NCBI GenBank assembly: GCA_965603825.1
Contig: CBFDEM010000046.1
Location: forward strand, 558,001 to 622,000
Source of the DNA: Blepharisma stoltei ATCC 30299
Lineage: Eukaryota > Protista > Ciliophora
DNA: 64,000 nucleotides
Reading direction: 5' to 3'
Every line of letters starts with the position of its first letter. Within the stretch, counting starts at the first letter, position 1. The position numbers were made by a program, and so were the translations under genes. The notes under the pieces are model-generated. The model searched no databases. It saw only the letters and a program-made list of their open reading frames with translations, and was not told where the DNA came from. Below are positions 52,528 to 63,839 of this stretch, in pieces.

Positions 52528-53160
52528 TTATAATTTATCATTTACTTTTAAGCTAGAAGCCAATTTTTCCATGGTGATCTGCAATTCTTGTATTTGTTTT
52601 TCCAGCCCGCTTAGCCTTGAATCATAAGAAGTCTTCATTTCTTGCAAAACTTTATTTGCGTCTTCAATGCTTTGGTCTATTCTATGACTTTCAGTAAAAA
52701 TTCCTTGAGAATGGGGCTGATGGCGATCTGGCGTTTTCTCAGATTGATTATAGCTCGCAACTGAACAATTATCAGACACATTTGTAGGAGTGCCTTGGCA
52801 AGGATAATTAACAGCATTAATTAATATTGGTTTTCCAATAATATCTAGCTTGTTATCTACGACGATGAATTCCTTTAAAGCAATTATTTTGTCTTTTCCG
52901 TCTTTACTTGTGATTAAATCATAAGAATTTACTTGGATTACGCAATTTATCGATAAATCACGATTGGTTGAGCTTTTAGCTGCAGCTGTTTTCGAAACAA
53001 CTGCATTAAATATCCAGCATGAGTCAGATATTTCGATTTTATAATATTTTTGCTGTATAAACTTGATCTTAAGCACTTGAAAATAGAGAGGAAGTTGAGC
53101 CCTTTTTTTGAGCATATCTTCTACTGAGCCTGAAATTAAACATATATCAAAATTTTCCAT
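52528..53160 (-). CDS. RPA1 N-terminal OB-fold-like domain plus C-terminal coiled coil
   Basis: FQVLKIK..YKIEISDS..NAVV..NCVIQVNSY..IIALKEFIVV..IIGKP resembles Rep-A_N; no further OB folds. Confidence 0.7.
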   Translation of the reverse strand: MENFDICLISGSVEDMLKKRAQLPLYFQVLKIKFIQQKYYKIEISDSCWIFNAVVSKTAAAKSSTNRDLSINCVIQVNSYDLITSKDGKDKIIALKEFIVVDNKLDIIGKPILINAVNYPCQGTPTNVSDNCSVASYNQSEKTPDRHQPHSQGIFTESHRIDQSIEDANKVLQEMKTSYDSRLSGLEKQIQELQITMEKLASSLKVNDKL

Positions 53161-53192
53161 ACTTTTATAATCTTAATGCATATAATTAAATA

Positions 53193-54389
53193 TTAATGTC
53201 AGGAGTTTGTAGTGTTTGGCTTATGGAAAGACTCTCGTCTCACCTTTTTTGGAGGCGACGTACATCTAGTCGGTGAAGGGCTTCTATTAATTTTCATTGA
53301 ATTAAACCTCCTATAATGCCTGCTATTAGTTTTCGTTGAAAAAGTCATAGAAATCTTCGGCATTTCCGCTTCACTTGGGACTAATTTTTGAACGTTTTTT
53401 TGAGGATTTTTTAAAGTTTCTATATAAGAGTTTTGCAGTTTAATTCCAGAATTTGTGATTAAATAGCTTGCATATATGGTAGCTTGTAAAAGACCTCGGA
53501 GCTTAAGTTTGTCATTAAATTGGGTAATTCTTTCTAAATACGTAAGCGGGGGCTTTTTATCAGCTTCTCTTGTAACCCAAGGGTGTCTTAACGCTTGCTC
53601 TGCTGTGTATCGTTGTAAAGGATTCACATGGGTAAGTTTCAGGAACAAATGTTTAGCTGAGTCACTAAAATTTGCAGGGAATTTTCAGTGAGGGTTTTCT
53701 AGCTTCCTTAAATAAGACCTGACGCTTTCTTTTGGCTCCATTAATGGGTGTTTCCCAGCTATCAAAATATACATTAAAATCCCACAGCTTCATATATCGA
53801 CTGGCTTTGAGTATAATTTTGACCCTGTTTGTTCTGGAGCCATATAAATGATAGTCCCTACACTTTCATCTAAGCCTGGACCTATATAGTCTAAAGCCCA
53901 TTGAGAACTTAAGCCGAAGTCTGTCACTCTGACTGATTGTAAAGAATCATCAGCAAACATAATATTTTCTGGCTTAATGTCGCGGTGGATGATATCGTGC
54001 TGGTGCAAGTAATGAACTGCACTGAGTAAACCTCGCATAACTGTGGCAGCATCATTTTCTGAGAAAGCACCATTAGAGATCCTTGACTCAAGGGTGCCGC
54101 CTTTGAGCAATTCCATTTCAAGCATGATATTTTGAGGGCTTTCATTTCACTCCTTCATTTTCACAATGTGAGGGTGATCTAGCTGGCTAAGAATTTTGGC
54201 TTCTGAAAGAAATTCAATTGCTTTGGATTTTGAGATGGATTCTTTGTTTAGGACTTTCACTGCGACTTCTTCTCTGTGCATTTTATTGATGCATTTATAA
54301 ACTTTCCCAAAAGATCCACTGCCTATTTCAACGCAGTCTTTATAATACTGCTGAAAAAGTAAATCTTCAACTGACTTGTCCATCTCCAT
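53193..54389 (-). CDS. CAMK-group Ser/Thr kinase, ~398 aa
   Basis: IGSGSFGKV, VAVK, HRDIKPEN, DFG, YMAPE, PVDIW(TGA 53790-53792)SCG, HPW; four TGA=Trp; ends TAA 53193. Confidence 0.92.
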
Positions 54390-54843
54390 CAATAAATTTT
54401 AAAACTTAAAATTTCATTTAGTAATGGCACAAAATCTGATATATAAAAATTATGAGCTGGCTCACTTACTGTTAACTTCTTTTCGAAGCTAAATCTGATA
54501 TAAAAAATTATGCTACATAGCTTTGCTCCAAAAATTATTCTTATAATGTAACTTATAAAAAGGGATCGAAAATCCACATATCTGGTGACGATTAGACATT
54601 TCAGATATTGTAAATAATTTGCTTATTACTAAATAATTATTATAACAAGCCTTCGTTTCTCTATCTGTCTTAACAAGTTCGTCTCTTTGCAAATTAATTC
54701 CTTAAATTCTTAAATTTAAATATTCGTAAGTATTCTCTTATCTTTTTTAATGGTTCCCAAAGATTTTGTTTCCCCAAAGATAAGCTAACTTAAAATTCTT
54801 AAAGACAGGTTAAATGCAAAGAAGTTAAGGTTTTACAATTATC

Positions 54844-55362
54844 TTATTCTTGTTTTTGCCGCTTTTCAGGTTCTCCACAAGTTATTGGAACAAAAGCACT
54901 CATGTCACAGGAAATCTTCTCAGGAGAATTCCGGAAGTGACTGTATGAGTTGCTATAAGCAGCCACTGGCTGAGGGCTGCAAAATATGTCGCTGTTTCTT
55001 GAAGGGTTATTTTGGTGAGGATTTATCGATTTACTCAACTCCGCCATATACTTCACATATGCGCTGTACTGCATCATCTGCATGTACTTGCAGTAAAATT
55101 GTAAATGCAGGTTAGGTTGAAGGTTCGGCTTGGTAATTCCCTGAGGCTGGACTTTGGTAGCTCCATGCTTCTCAATCTTGATGAAATATTTCTGGGCATG
55201 AGATCGGATCTGGGCTCCAGTTCGGGTCACAACATGCTCTTCAACTTTTTTCCAGTTCTTGCCATACAATTCTATGGCTTTTAAGAAGCGTTGATGCTCT
55301 TCATGAGTCCAACGGCCTGGTCTTTTCCCAAGCGTTGCGGAGTCGTTTAATTCATGGTTCAT
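54844..55362 (-). CDS. SHAQKYF-class MYB-like transcription factor
   Basis: GRWTHEEHQRFLKAIELYGKNWKKVEEHVVTRTGAQIRSHAQKYF. Confidence 0.95.
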   Translation of the reverse strand: MNHELNDSATLGKRPGRWTHEEHQRFLKAIELYGKNWKKVEEHVVTRTGAQIRSHAQKYFIKIEKHGATKVQPQGITKPNLQPNLHLQFYCKYMQMMQYSAYVKYMAELSKSINPHQNNPSRNSDIFCSPQPVAAYSNSYSHFRNSPEKISCDMSAFVPITCGEPEKRQKQE

Positions 55363-55905
55363 GTTTAATTATGGGATTTCATGTTAAAAAGACTGAAATT
55401 TACAAAAACTGTTTTCTTAGAGAATTAAGCTAATTTTAGCTTTGAGATAGGTTTTGAAACCTTCAAAGAAATTAAGACATTAAACCGGTCGGTTACTATG
55501 GTTTACCCGGATCGGTTTTTTATTAAGGCAAAGCCTACTATTATGCCAATTTTTCAATTCTAACCGAATTATTTCGATAATTGACCACCAAGCGCTCAAT
55601 TCCAAAAGATTTATTCGGATTTAATGTTCAACTTAGATATCAGGCATTTTTATTCAACAACCAATTTAATGGAATTTTGGAATTCGAGAATGGTAATGGC
55701 GTAGCTTTTTAAATATTTGCCAAAATATATAGCTCTTTTAAGGATGATAAAAGATAAAAATTATTTTGAAGCCTTAAAAAACTCATTTAATTATTTCTTC
55801 AATAAAGTAAAACCAAAAAATTTTAATTTGGAATTTTAGTGAATTTTTGCAGCTTTCTTAGAGGTAAAATCATATAAAACTACTTATTTTATATTTAGCA
55901 TATAT

Positions 55906-56820
55906 ATGGTTGAAGACGCAAATGGAACTAATTTACAAAATTCTGCCAAACGTCATTGTATTATTGACTCCGAAGATGGCTTGATCATAAATCCTCAACT
56001 TGCACTAACCAAACAAATTTACAAGTCTTTTGGGAGTGCTACAACAGTTGAGCTTTATAATGATACAATCATAGACACTCCAGTAATAATTAAAAGGCTT
56101 GACAAAAAGTTATTATTTACTGAAGCCCAAAATGAGTCTGCCAAAAGAGAGCTTGAAATCCACAGATCTTTAAACCACCCAAATATTGTCCAGCTCTATG
56201 ATGGCTGTGAAACAAACGATGAATTTCTATTTGTAATGGAATATATCCCAAGACACGATTATTTCACTGAAAAAATTGAAGTGAATAATAGACCTTTTAA
56301 CTCTAAATCGGACGGAGGAATTGACAAGCTGAAGTCTTTTACTTATGATATATTAAAAGGTCTAGAATATCTTCATGATAACCACATTATTCATTTAGAT
56401 CTGAAGCCAGCAAATTTAATGGTAAAACCTGTGACGCAAAGCAATGAATATCCTCTTGTCAAAATCGGAGATTTTGGGCTTTCCAGAAGGTTCGGCGAAG
56501 AAGGAGGGGTTATTATTGATCAGAAATGTGGAACTGATAAATATATCCCTCCAGAAGTCAGGAGTGGAGCTTGAATAACCCCTGCAGTCGACATGTGGTG
56601 CTTTGGGCTCATTTTGCATACTTTGACTGTAGGCTTTGCGCCGTATGTTCTGAAGTGGAACCCAGGGCAAGAGATTCCTTTTAACCCTCGATGGTGGAAG
56701 AAATATAAAGATACAGGTCTGACTGATTTAATATCTAGCTGCTTAAAACTAGATCCAGCAGAAAGAATCACAGCAAAAGAAGCCTTGAATCATAAGTGGT
56801 TTGATTGCAGACTGGGTTAA
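55906..56820 (+). CDS. Ser/Thr protein kinase, ~304 aa
   Basis: VIIK, HPNIVQL, HLDLKPAN, DFG, CGT.KYIPPE, DMWCFG; TGA 56572-56574 joins two track ORFs. Confidence 0.9.
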
Positions 56821-56858
56821 TTAAGCTGTTATAAATACATTAAATATCGTTATTTATG

Positions 56859-57596
56859 CTAAGTGCTTCTTGCTAATATTGAATTACAATTCGAACATCT
56901 GTGGTATCTCATTTGGTTTATCCACATAGCCCCTCTGCAGCACTCTACCAGCGAGCTCAGGGCTTCTAAAATCGATATAGGGAACGCCGTCCTATTTTGA
57001 ATTTCTACCGTAGTATGCACATCTAACTGGCATTTATTGCAAAAAAGAGTGCATGGCAAAAATCCCACCACAGGCAGCCCTTCTGGGCTTTTTTCTTCAT
57101 TTTTTCGATCCATCGTGCTTTCTTTCGGGTTTTTAGTAGTCATCTCCGAAGTAATGATATCTGTTTTCAGCTTGCTGGCGTTAAATTCTGTATATTCTAA
57201 ATCGTCGATTTCTGAAATAATTATCTGTTTGGAATCACAGTCAGCTGGCAGCATTAAGTTTTCTATATGCAGCTTGGTTTTTTTTGAGATCGATTTTTTG
57301 CAGTTAAATAAATTGGTTGGAAAAAGCCCTACTGGGTGAGATAGGACCCTCCTATGTTTTTTCTTGCCACTCGCAGTTAAATGGCAGGTCGCTGGAAAAA
57401 TGCTTTTTAAGGACAGTCCTAAGTCTTCAGAGCCAAATTCAAAGCTAAGGCTATTGACATTTTCGTCTCGATTTATCGCAGTGGAGTCATCGAGTTGGTG
57501 CCTGTCTGAGTCTGGCCTTTCGGCGTCTGAAATTTCAAGCTGAGAGCTGGGGGTTAGTGTGGAAGTGTGGGAATTGAATCTTTTATGATGATACAT
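56859..57596 (-). CDS. LITAF-like zinc-ribbon domain protein
   Basis: C-terminal FCNKC..VHTTV..hydrophobic stretch..CC..HRCSNCNSILA. Confidence 0.8.
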   Translation of the reverse strand: MYHHKRFNSHTSTLTPSSQLEISDAERPDSDRHQLDDSTAINRDENVNSLSFEFGSEDLGLSLKSIFPATCHLTASGKKKHRRVLSHPVGLFPTNLFNCKKSISKKTKLHIENLMLPADCDSKQIIISEIDDLEYTEFNASKLKTDIITSEMTTKNPKESTMDRKNEEKSPEGLPVVGFLPCTLFCNKCQLDVHTTVEIQNRTAFPISILEALSSLVECCRGAMWINQMRYHRCSNCNSILARST

Positions 57597-57734
57597 TTCT
57601 TATAACTATTTTTCATTAATTTCAAAATCTGATTGAAGAAAAGGGTGGGCTTCTAAGAGCTTTCTTTAATAGAGAAATATAGGATATTATTAAAACATTT
57701 AATTACCCAGAAATTATCAATTAAGATAGGCAGG

Positions 57735-59909
57735 TTATTCTATGTGACGAGAAATATAGTCCATTTCTTCTTGGAAGCACTCAAATCTGTAAGAAAATCT
57801 GATCCATGATACGTTTGACTTGTGAGGATCGTAAGAGTTAGGCCAGCCGTCCTGGAAGTCTTTTCCTAGCCATCTTTTTTTGTCTTCAAGGCTAAACCCA
57901 CTTTGTAAAACACTGTTTCTTGCAATTTCACACATGTCGACAACAGTCATGTCGAGAGCTTGTGTAACTACATTGTATTCTTCAAGCAGCGGCTCTCTAG
58001 TTAAATGGATCATTAATGGGTCATCAGTTGACAAGGCGACGTTAAGGCCTTTTGCAAAGAAGCTTTGGAAAGGGTTGTTTAGGAATTTCATTACAAGCTT
58101 ATTGTTGGACAGAGGAGAAACAGATAGTCCGATCTGCTTGAGATAATACAGATATTGGAGCACAGGGGACTTTTTAAGCTCAATTCCATGGTTTATTGAG
58201 TGTGCTATTAGATAGGCAGTTGCAAGGTGGTCACCGCTGCCAGCTTCTCCACAATGAGGTCTAAAGGAAAAAGTGTTCATACCTCTTGCTCTTCTGAGGT
58301 GATTTATAGAGACTATATTAGCGTAGATGTAGTAATTGAAGTAACTGTATGGAGGATTATCTGATGCTGTCCAGTCTTCTGGGGTTATAACTTTGTAGTT
58401 GCTGTAGCTCGTCACTTTTTCAATTTTGTTTTCATTGTCAATTGTGTCAAAACCAACCACTTGGGTTAAGGTTTCAGCAATTTCAGGGTATGCCTCGGGC
58501 TCAAGTGTTGCTTTTATAATAGGCTCAAAAATATTTCTTAGCATTTCTTGGAATGATTCTATATCTCCAGCCTGTTTATAAGCTTTATAAAGTCTCGCTA
58601 TTTGAATTAAGTACTTCACACAGTTAGATTTCATATTATAGGTCACAAACCAATGTGACAAATTCTGCCAGTCATCGTAGCTTCTTCCATATATCGAGAG
58701 TCTATATTCCGCCAATACATATTTTCCAATCTCTAGCTCATTAATTAGCTCTTTCACAATTTCTGCAAAAAATTTTCCACCAAAGTAGTTATCAGTCTGT
58801 AAGAAAATTTCCCTCAAAATCGCTTGTCCGATAGGGTTGTATTTGTTATTGAACCTATCAAATCTATGAAAAGTATTTTTATCAGCATAACAATTAAGCA
58901 CATCCACAGTTAATGATTCTGGCCTAATCCCAAGTGAATCAAATACTTGTTTTAATGTCAATCCATTACCATTTTCAGAGGTCACAATGGTATCTGGTTC
59001 AGTCTTTAGCTTCCTTTTTATGAATTTCAGCAAGTGTTTTTGGTTCATTGCAGCAGAAAGATGTACATGGTTATCTACCTTTGTAATGCTGTAAAAATCT
59101 TTTGACGGTCTTGAAGTCACATGGATATTTTCTCTGTTTGCGTTGCACATCATATGCATTTGGAACTTCATTTGAAGCAGTTTAAGCCTGGTATAGCAAA
59201 AAGATTTGTTTGGAGCTTCATATGAAGACCTAAGCACGAACTGTAAATCTGAGTAAAATTCTCTAGCTGAAATAATTCCGATATTAACAGGCTCATTATT
59301 TACTTTGTACTTATAAACGCCATCTTCCACATAATAGGCCAAGCTTTCGTCCTTAAGAGCTTCATACAGAGTTGCTGTGGCTCCTTTGTCTCGAATAGTC
59401 TTTACAAGTGGGTGCTGGAAAATTTCCTTATCAAAATATATGTATTTATCTCTGATTTCTAATAAATCCATCAAGCAGCTACAAGATTTAAGGGTTTCAT
59501 CTTGTTCATATTGCGGCTTAAGGTGATTAGGAATACTGCTTAATAGGACTCTACGGTAAATATAAGGGTCATTTTCTTTGAAAATTCTGCTTTCATCAAT
59601 AGACACTGCACGATTTGTCCTGGTTTTGTGCTCTTCTTTTTTGTAGCTGTCGTTGCGCTGGAGCTTTGTTTCTTGGACCTCTAGCCACTTTTCGAAATCA
59701 TTGAGCTCTTTTTCGTCGATTTCTCCGAGTTTTCTGGGGGCAGTTCTTAATGTTTTTTGTTTGTCGCCAGGATTGTAAGGATTAAGAGAGGAATAGGAGG
59801 GCTTACTAGGGAATAAAGGACTGCCAGACTCTGGCCTGATTTGCCGTGTGGGGCTGGTGGGTTCTTTCACTGTAGCTACAGTCAGATTATAAGTTTCTCT
59901 GCTCATCAT
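57735..59909 (-). CDS. AMPD: AMP deaminase
   Basis: KVDNHVHLSAAMNQKHLL, FHRFDRFNNKYNP, EYRLSIYG, FRPHCGEAG, SPLSNN, LSTDDP, ARNSVLQSGF. Confidence 0.96.
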   Translation of the reverse strand: MMSRETYNLTVATVKEPTSPTRQIRPESGSPLFPSKPSYSSLNPYNPGDKQKTLRTAPRKLGEIDEKELNDFEKWLEVQETKLQRNDSYKKEEHKTRTNRAVSIDESRIFKENDPYIYRRVLLSSIPNHLKPQYEQDETLKSCSCLMDLLEIRDKYIYFDKEIFQHPLVKTIRDKGATATLYEALKDESLAYYVEDGVYKYKVNNEPVNIGIISAREFYSDLQFVLRSSYEAPNKSFCYTRLKLLQMKFQMHMMCNANRENIHVTSRPSKDFYSITKVDNHVHLSAAMNQKHLLKFIKRKLKTEPDTIVTSENGNGLTLKQVFDSLGIRPESLTVDVLNCYADKNTFHRFDRFNNKYNPIGQAILREIFLQTDNYFGGKFFAEIVKELINELEIGKYVLAEYRLSIYGRSYDDWQNLSHWFVTYNMKSNCVKYLIQIARLYKAYKQAGDIESFQEMLRNIFEPIIKATLEPEAYPEIAETLTQVVGFDTIDNENKIEKVTSYSNYKVITPEDWTASDNPPYSYFNYYIYANIVSINHLRRARGMNTFSFRPHCGEAGSGDHLATAYLIAHSINHGIELKKSPVLQYLYYLKQIGLSVSPLSNNKLVMKFLNNPFQSFFAKGLNVALSTDDPLMIHLTREPLLEEYNVVTQALDMTVVDMCEIARNSVLQSGFSLEDKKRWLGKDFQDGWPNSYDPHKSNVSWIRFSYRFECFQEEMDYISRHIE

Positions 59910-60197
59910 TATTATTTCAATACAAATAAACCACTCTCTTTTAATCTATCTAAATAATAAGCAAAAAGAAAGTAGCCTGAAGTCTTAATGCATCTTAACT
60001 AAAGCTGTTTCCCATGATTAATTACTTAAATACTTGCTATTGGCAGCCATTTCAGCCAGAATAAAAGACTGATTTTGTTTTCAAAAAAGTCAGCGAAGGA
60101 GCATTTTGCAAATTAAAAACCCAAAGTCAAAATTTTATAAAAACTTACGCTAAAATTACGCTGAATAAACCATAATCAGCCAAGAAGTTTGTGAAAT

Positions 60198-60668
60198 TTA
60201 CTGGTTTTCTTCATCTATCTTCACCTGTATTGGCTTCAATCTCTCTTCTTCTGCACGTCTTTCCTCCTCTTCTAATCTCTTTTGTTCCAAATTAAGTATA
60301 TGCTGTCTCCGAATAATCACAACAAGAATTGCCAAGACGAAGGCTACCCAAATGCATCCCCATACTACCATGCATGTGTATGTATCATAAAGCATCGGCT
60401 CCATCATCGCCCACATAAAAAGTCCGAGGAATATATAATATATTATGAAAGCTCCCAAAATAATCAGCCAATTCTTCCAGCATGGTATTGAACAGGTGCA
60501 TTTTCTTGACCTCTGGAAGCTGGAAGCATAAGTACTTGGGACCTGTTTGAGTTCTTTTGGCAATTCTGGACCTTCATCGTCTGATGAGCTTGAAGAGCTT
60601 CCTTCAATGTCATCGATGACTACTTTATTGAAGTTTTTTGAGTCAAATTTTCCATTCCTAGTCGCCAT
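60198..60668 (-). CDS. Two-TM membrane protein, unknown function
   Basis: Two hydrophobic helices followed by a charged coiled tail. Confidence 0.7.
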   Translation of the reverse strand: MATRNGKFDSKNFNKVVIDDIEGSSSSSSDDEGPELPKELKQVPSTYASSFQRSRKCTCSIPCWKNWLIILGAFIIYYIFLGLFMWAMMEPMLYDTYTCMVVWGCIWVAFVLAILVVIIRRQHILNLEQKRLEEEERRAEEERLKPIQVKIDEENQ

Positions 60669-60923
60669 TTATTTAAGTCGTTTGAATCCTTTTGCATAAG
60701 ACATTTTTCAAGTAAAGCAAATTAACAGCAATCAGGGGATCAGAATTTTAATATAAATTATGAAATTTTTAGATATTTGATTGGTTTTGAAGCTTATATA
60801 ATTAGTTATGGACCTATATTTCTTGAGTTTGATTTTTGTTTTTTCTTAGCCACTCATTAAAAAATTATTTAAACCAATCAGCCTTGCTGGAGAAAATATT
60901 AAAAATTGTATTATGCTTATTAA

Positions 60924-61271
60924 TTAAATTTGACTTTCAATTTGACCTCTCATAGAAATACTTAAGAAAATAGGTAATCTATGCTTTGATACAATTGTGT
61001 GTTTGAACTGGCATCTTTCACCATAGGTACAACACCCAAGCTCTGAGAAGTGCTTGCATTCTTTTGTGCGGACGCCGACTTTGTCTCTTAGTTCCTCTTT
61101 CCCATGGGCAAACGCACAAGCTTCTCCAAAAGGACAAAATCCATTTACCCAGTTCTTACAAATTTCTGTCTTGAATTTTACTTGAAAGTCTTGCTCTTTG
61201 TGCTCTTTTAAGGCTTTGGGGCTTTCTTTTTTGAAATGACTTTGAAGATCTCTTTGATCACACTCTAACAT
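60924..61271 (-). CDS. Tandem CCCH zinc-finger (TIS11/tristetraprolin-like) RNA-binding protein
   Basis: KFKTEICKNW..GFCPFGEACAFAHG and RTKECKHF..GCCTYGERCQFKH. Confidence 0.92.
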   Translation of the reverse strand: MLECDQRDLQSHFKKESPKALKEHKEQDFQVKFKTEICKNWVNGFCPFGEACAFAHGKEELRDKVGVRTKECKHFSELGCCTYGERCQFKHTIVSKHRLPIFLSISMRGQIESQI

Positions 61272-61567
61272 TTATTTTTTATTAAGGCTAGACCAGCACT
61301 GTAAAATATGTCCAGTTAGCGGTTCAAAAAAGTAAAAGACTGTGTTAAGAAAAAGCTCAGGAATTTTTAAATTCACCAGCACCATAGCCTTGCAAAATCT
61401 GAAGTTTTTACTAAGTTTTCCCTCCTATAAAAAAACAAATTATTTTCAAATTTATTGCAATCCTTCTTTCCTTTACCTTTTGCCTCTCATAATTTTCTAT
61501 TTTGCTTAGACTCAGGAAAAATAATTTCTTATTTGTTTCTAAATATGCCATTATAGATCTCACTTAA

Positions 61568-62287
61568 ATGAGCAGCTTAAATCGCTCGACGATGCTAGGA
61601 AAGGAAAAGAAAAATATACATCTTAAAGAGCCTCTTTTTTGGGCAATATCTGGCTCAATTACTTTTTGCATCTTATTTACAGGGATATTGTATGGGTGTA
61701 TTTTTAGTTTCAGCTGTGCAAGCTATTTTCCTACGATTTCATATCTCGCTACTTTTAGAAGCCACGACAGGTGAATTGTATTTGGCATCACTTTTTACTC
61801 CACCTTAATTCCTCTATTATTTATTTCAGTAAAAACTAAACTTTCTGCTTATCTTACATGACTGACGAATCTTATAGGACTTGCTGGGTGTTTTTTGATA
61901 ATAATTACAGGCGTTGTCGATGAGGTTAATGGTCTTTATTTCATGCCTCTGGATAAAGCCCATCCTTTTCTAACTTTATTTGGGTATTTTTCTTTTGCTT
62001 ACTGAATTCATTCAGTTCTTAAAGCTTTTGAAAGTATTCAGCTTGAATTTTCAGAAAGATTTTGATTACTAAAATGCAAGAAAACAGTGATGGCTATTCA
62101 TGTTCTTTTCGTAGTCACTGGTTTCCAATGGCATTTTGCCTATACAATTTATTCGAATTTTCTAGTCAACGAAGTCGTCGAAGCATTGTGTGAGTGAAGC
62201 TTAATTACACTAGCGTTAAGTTTGCCATATCAAATTTCCAGGATAACAAACACAAGTATCAGCTTGACTTGGCTAGCAAGAAAATAA
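61568..62287 (+). CDS. Frag1/DRAM/Sfk1-family multi-pass membrane protein, ~239 aa
   Basis: FPTISY after TM1 and EALCEW(TGA) before the last TM; five TGA=Trp; ends TAA 62285-62287. Confidence 0.8.
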
Positions 62288-62321
62288 GAGAAGAAACAAT
62301 TTAATTGAATTCGTAATAAAT

Positions 62322-63194
62322 ATGATAATCTCAGCTATCAATAGCGTAAGCAGGAGCTTCGCAGGTGCTCCAGGCTTACTTTCTGACTTCCGTTTGATGC
62401 TGCATGGGTTTGCAGCTGGAAATAAAGCTTACTTATTCCAAGAGGAGTCACAAATTGACAGAACCAGGATGACTGAATTCCATATTCATCGTTTTCTTCC
62501 TGAGCAAGGCAAAGGAACGTTTGTCCAGTCATACTGGATTGATACCAAGCAGTGCGGGCCTATGGTCTTAGATGCTCTAATAAAAATCAAAAACGAAATC
62601 GACCCAACACTGACCTTTAGACGATCATGCAGAGAAGGGATTTGTGGATCTTGCTCAATGCACATAAATGGATTGAATTCTCTTGCCTGCATCACTGAGA
62701 TCACTCCAAATACCAGAATGACGATTGGGCCGCTTATCAGAATGCCAATCATCAAAGATCTTGTTGTGGATATGACAAACTTTTATAACCAATATAAATC
62801 AATTGACCCTTGGCTCAAAAGAAAAGAGCCAAAGCCAGCTGGGACAAAGGAATACTACCAATCCCAAGAAGACAGAAAGAAAATCGATGGGCTATACGAG
62901 TGCGTCCTCTGTGCTTGCTGCGCGACTATGTGTCCTTCTTACTGGTGGAATCATCAACACTACCTTGGCCCTGCAGTCCTTATGCAAGCTTACAGATGGG
63001 TTATCGATTCAAGAGACCAGGCCACTGCTGAACGTCTGGAGAAGCTGTCTGGAGCTTATACGCTGAATAAATGCTACCAAATTGGAACCTGCACTGTCAC
63101 TTGTCCAAAGGGCCTAAATCCTAAAATGGCCATCCACCAATTGAAAGGGATTGCTGCTGAGTATGAGCACGCTAAAGCTGAATGGGCAGTTTAA
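62322..63194 (+). CDS. SDHB: Succinate dehydrogenase iron-sulfur subunit
   Basis: [59 protein letters not shown]. Confidence 0.98.
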   Translation: MIISAINSVSRSFAGAPGLLSDFRLMLHGFAAGNKAYLFQEESQIDRTRMTEFHIHRFLPEQGKGTFVQSYWIDTKQCGPMVLDALIKIKNEIDPTLTFRRSCREGICGSCSMHINGLNSLACITEITPNTRMTIGPLIRMPIIKDLVVDMTNFYNQYKSIDPWLKRKEPKPAGTKEYYQSQEDRKKIDGLYECVLCACCATMCPSYWWNHQHYLGPAVLMQAYRWVIDSRDQATAERLEKLSGAYTLNKCYQIGTCTVTCPKGLNPKMAIHQLKGIAAEYEHAKAEWAV

Positions 63195-63242
63195 GTTAAA
63201 ATTCAATGAATTTAAACAAGTCTTATAAGAATTAATTATGAT

Positions 63243-63839
63243 TTACAGGGGTCTTAGGAAAGGATGCTTTTTCTGCTTGTGAAGCGCCAAGCTGTATTTA
63301 TTGCAGACTTCTTTACCACAGGTTTCACAAATGACCCTTGTGGATTTGTAGTGGACTTGGCTTTTATGAGCAGTTAGAGATCCATCATTTGAGAAATATT
63401 TCCCACAGATATGGCAATATGATCTTTGGGAGACAGGATGAACTTTGTTCATGTGGATTTTTAAGCCTTTTTGAGACTTGAATCTTTGTGGGCATAACTC
63501 GCATTTAGCTTTTAGAATTTTAACTTCTTCTAAGTTTTCTATTTCGTCATCTTCTAAAGAATTTCTGAATTTTTTTTTGCGAGAACTGAATTCTGAGTTA
63601 TTATTTGTACTGGGATTCAAGGTTTCGTAGCATAAAAGGTTATTATGATTGTCATTTGAACTAGCAGTTGCACTATCTTGGATTTCAATTACGGAATCAT
63701 TTCTAATAAATATATCTGAGTTTTCGCGGGAAGGGCGAGATTGAGAATATTTTGGGAGATCTTTTTCAGCATTATATCCAATAAGTCTATGATTTGAGTA
63801 TAATAGAAGTGATCTGATCGCTTTTAAAGTATTTTCCAT
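63243..63839 (-). CDS. C2H2 zinc-finger protein (three fingers)
   Basis: CELC..H...H, CHIC..H....H, CETC..H....H. Confidence 0.9.
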   Translation of the reverse strand: MENTLKAIRSLLLYSNHRLIGYNAEKDLPKYSQSRPSRENSDIFIRNDSVIEIQDSATASSNDNHNNLLCYETLNPSTNNNSEFSSRKKKFRNSLEDDEIENLEEVKILKAKCELCPQRFKSQKGLKIHMNKVHPVSQRSYCHICGKYFSNDGSLTAHKSQVHYKSTRVICETCGKEVCNKYSLALHKQKKHPFLRPL

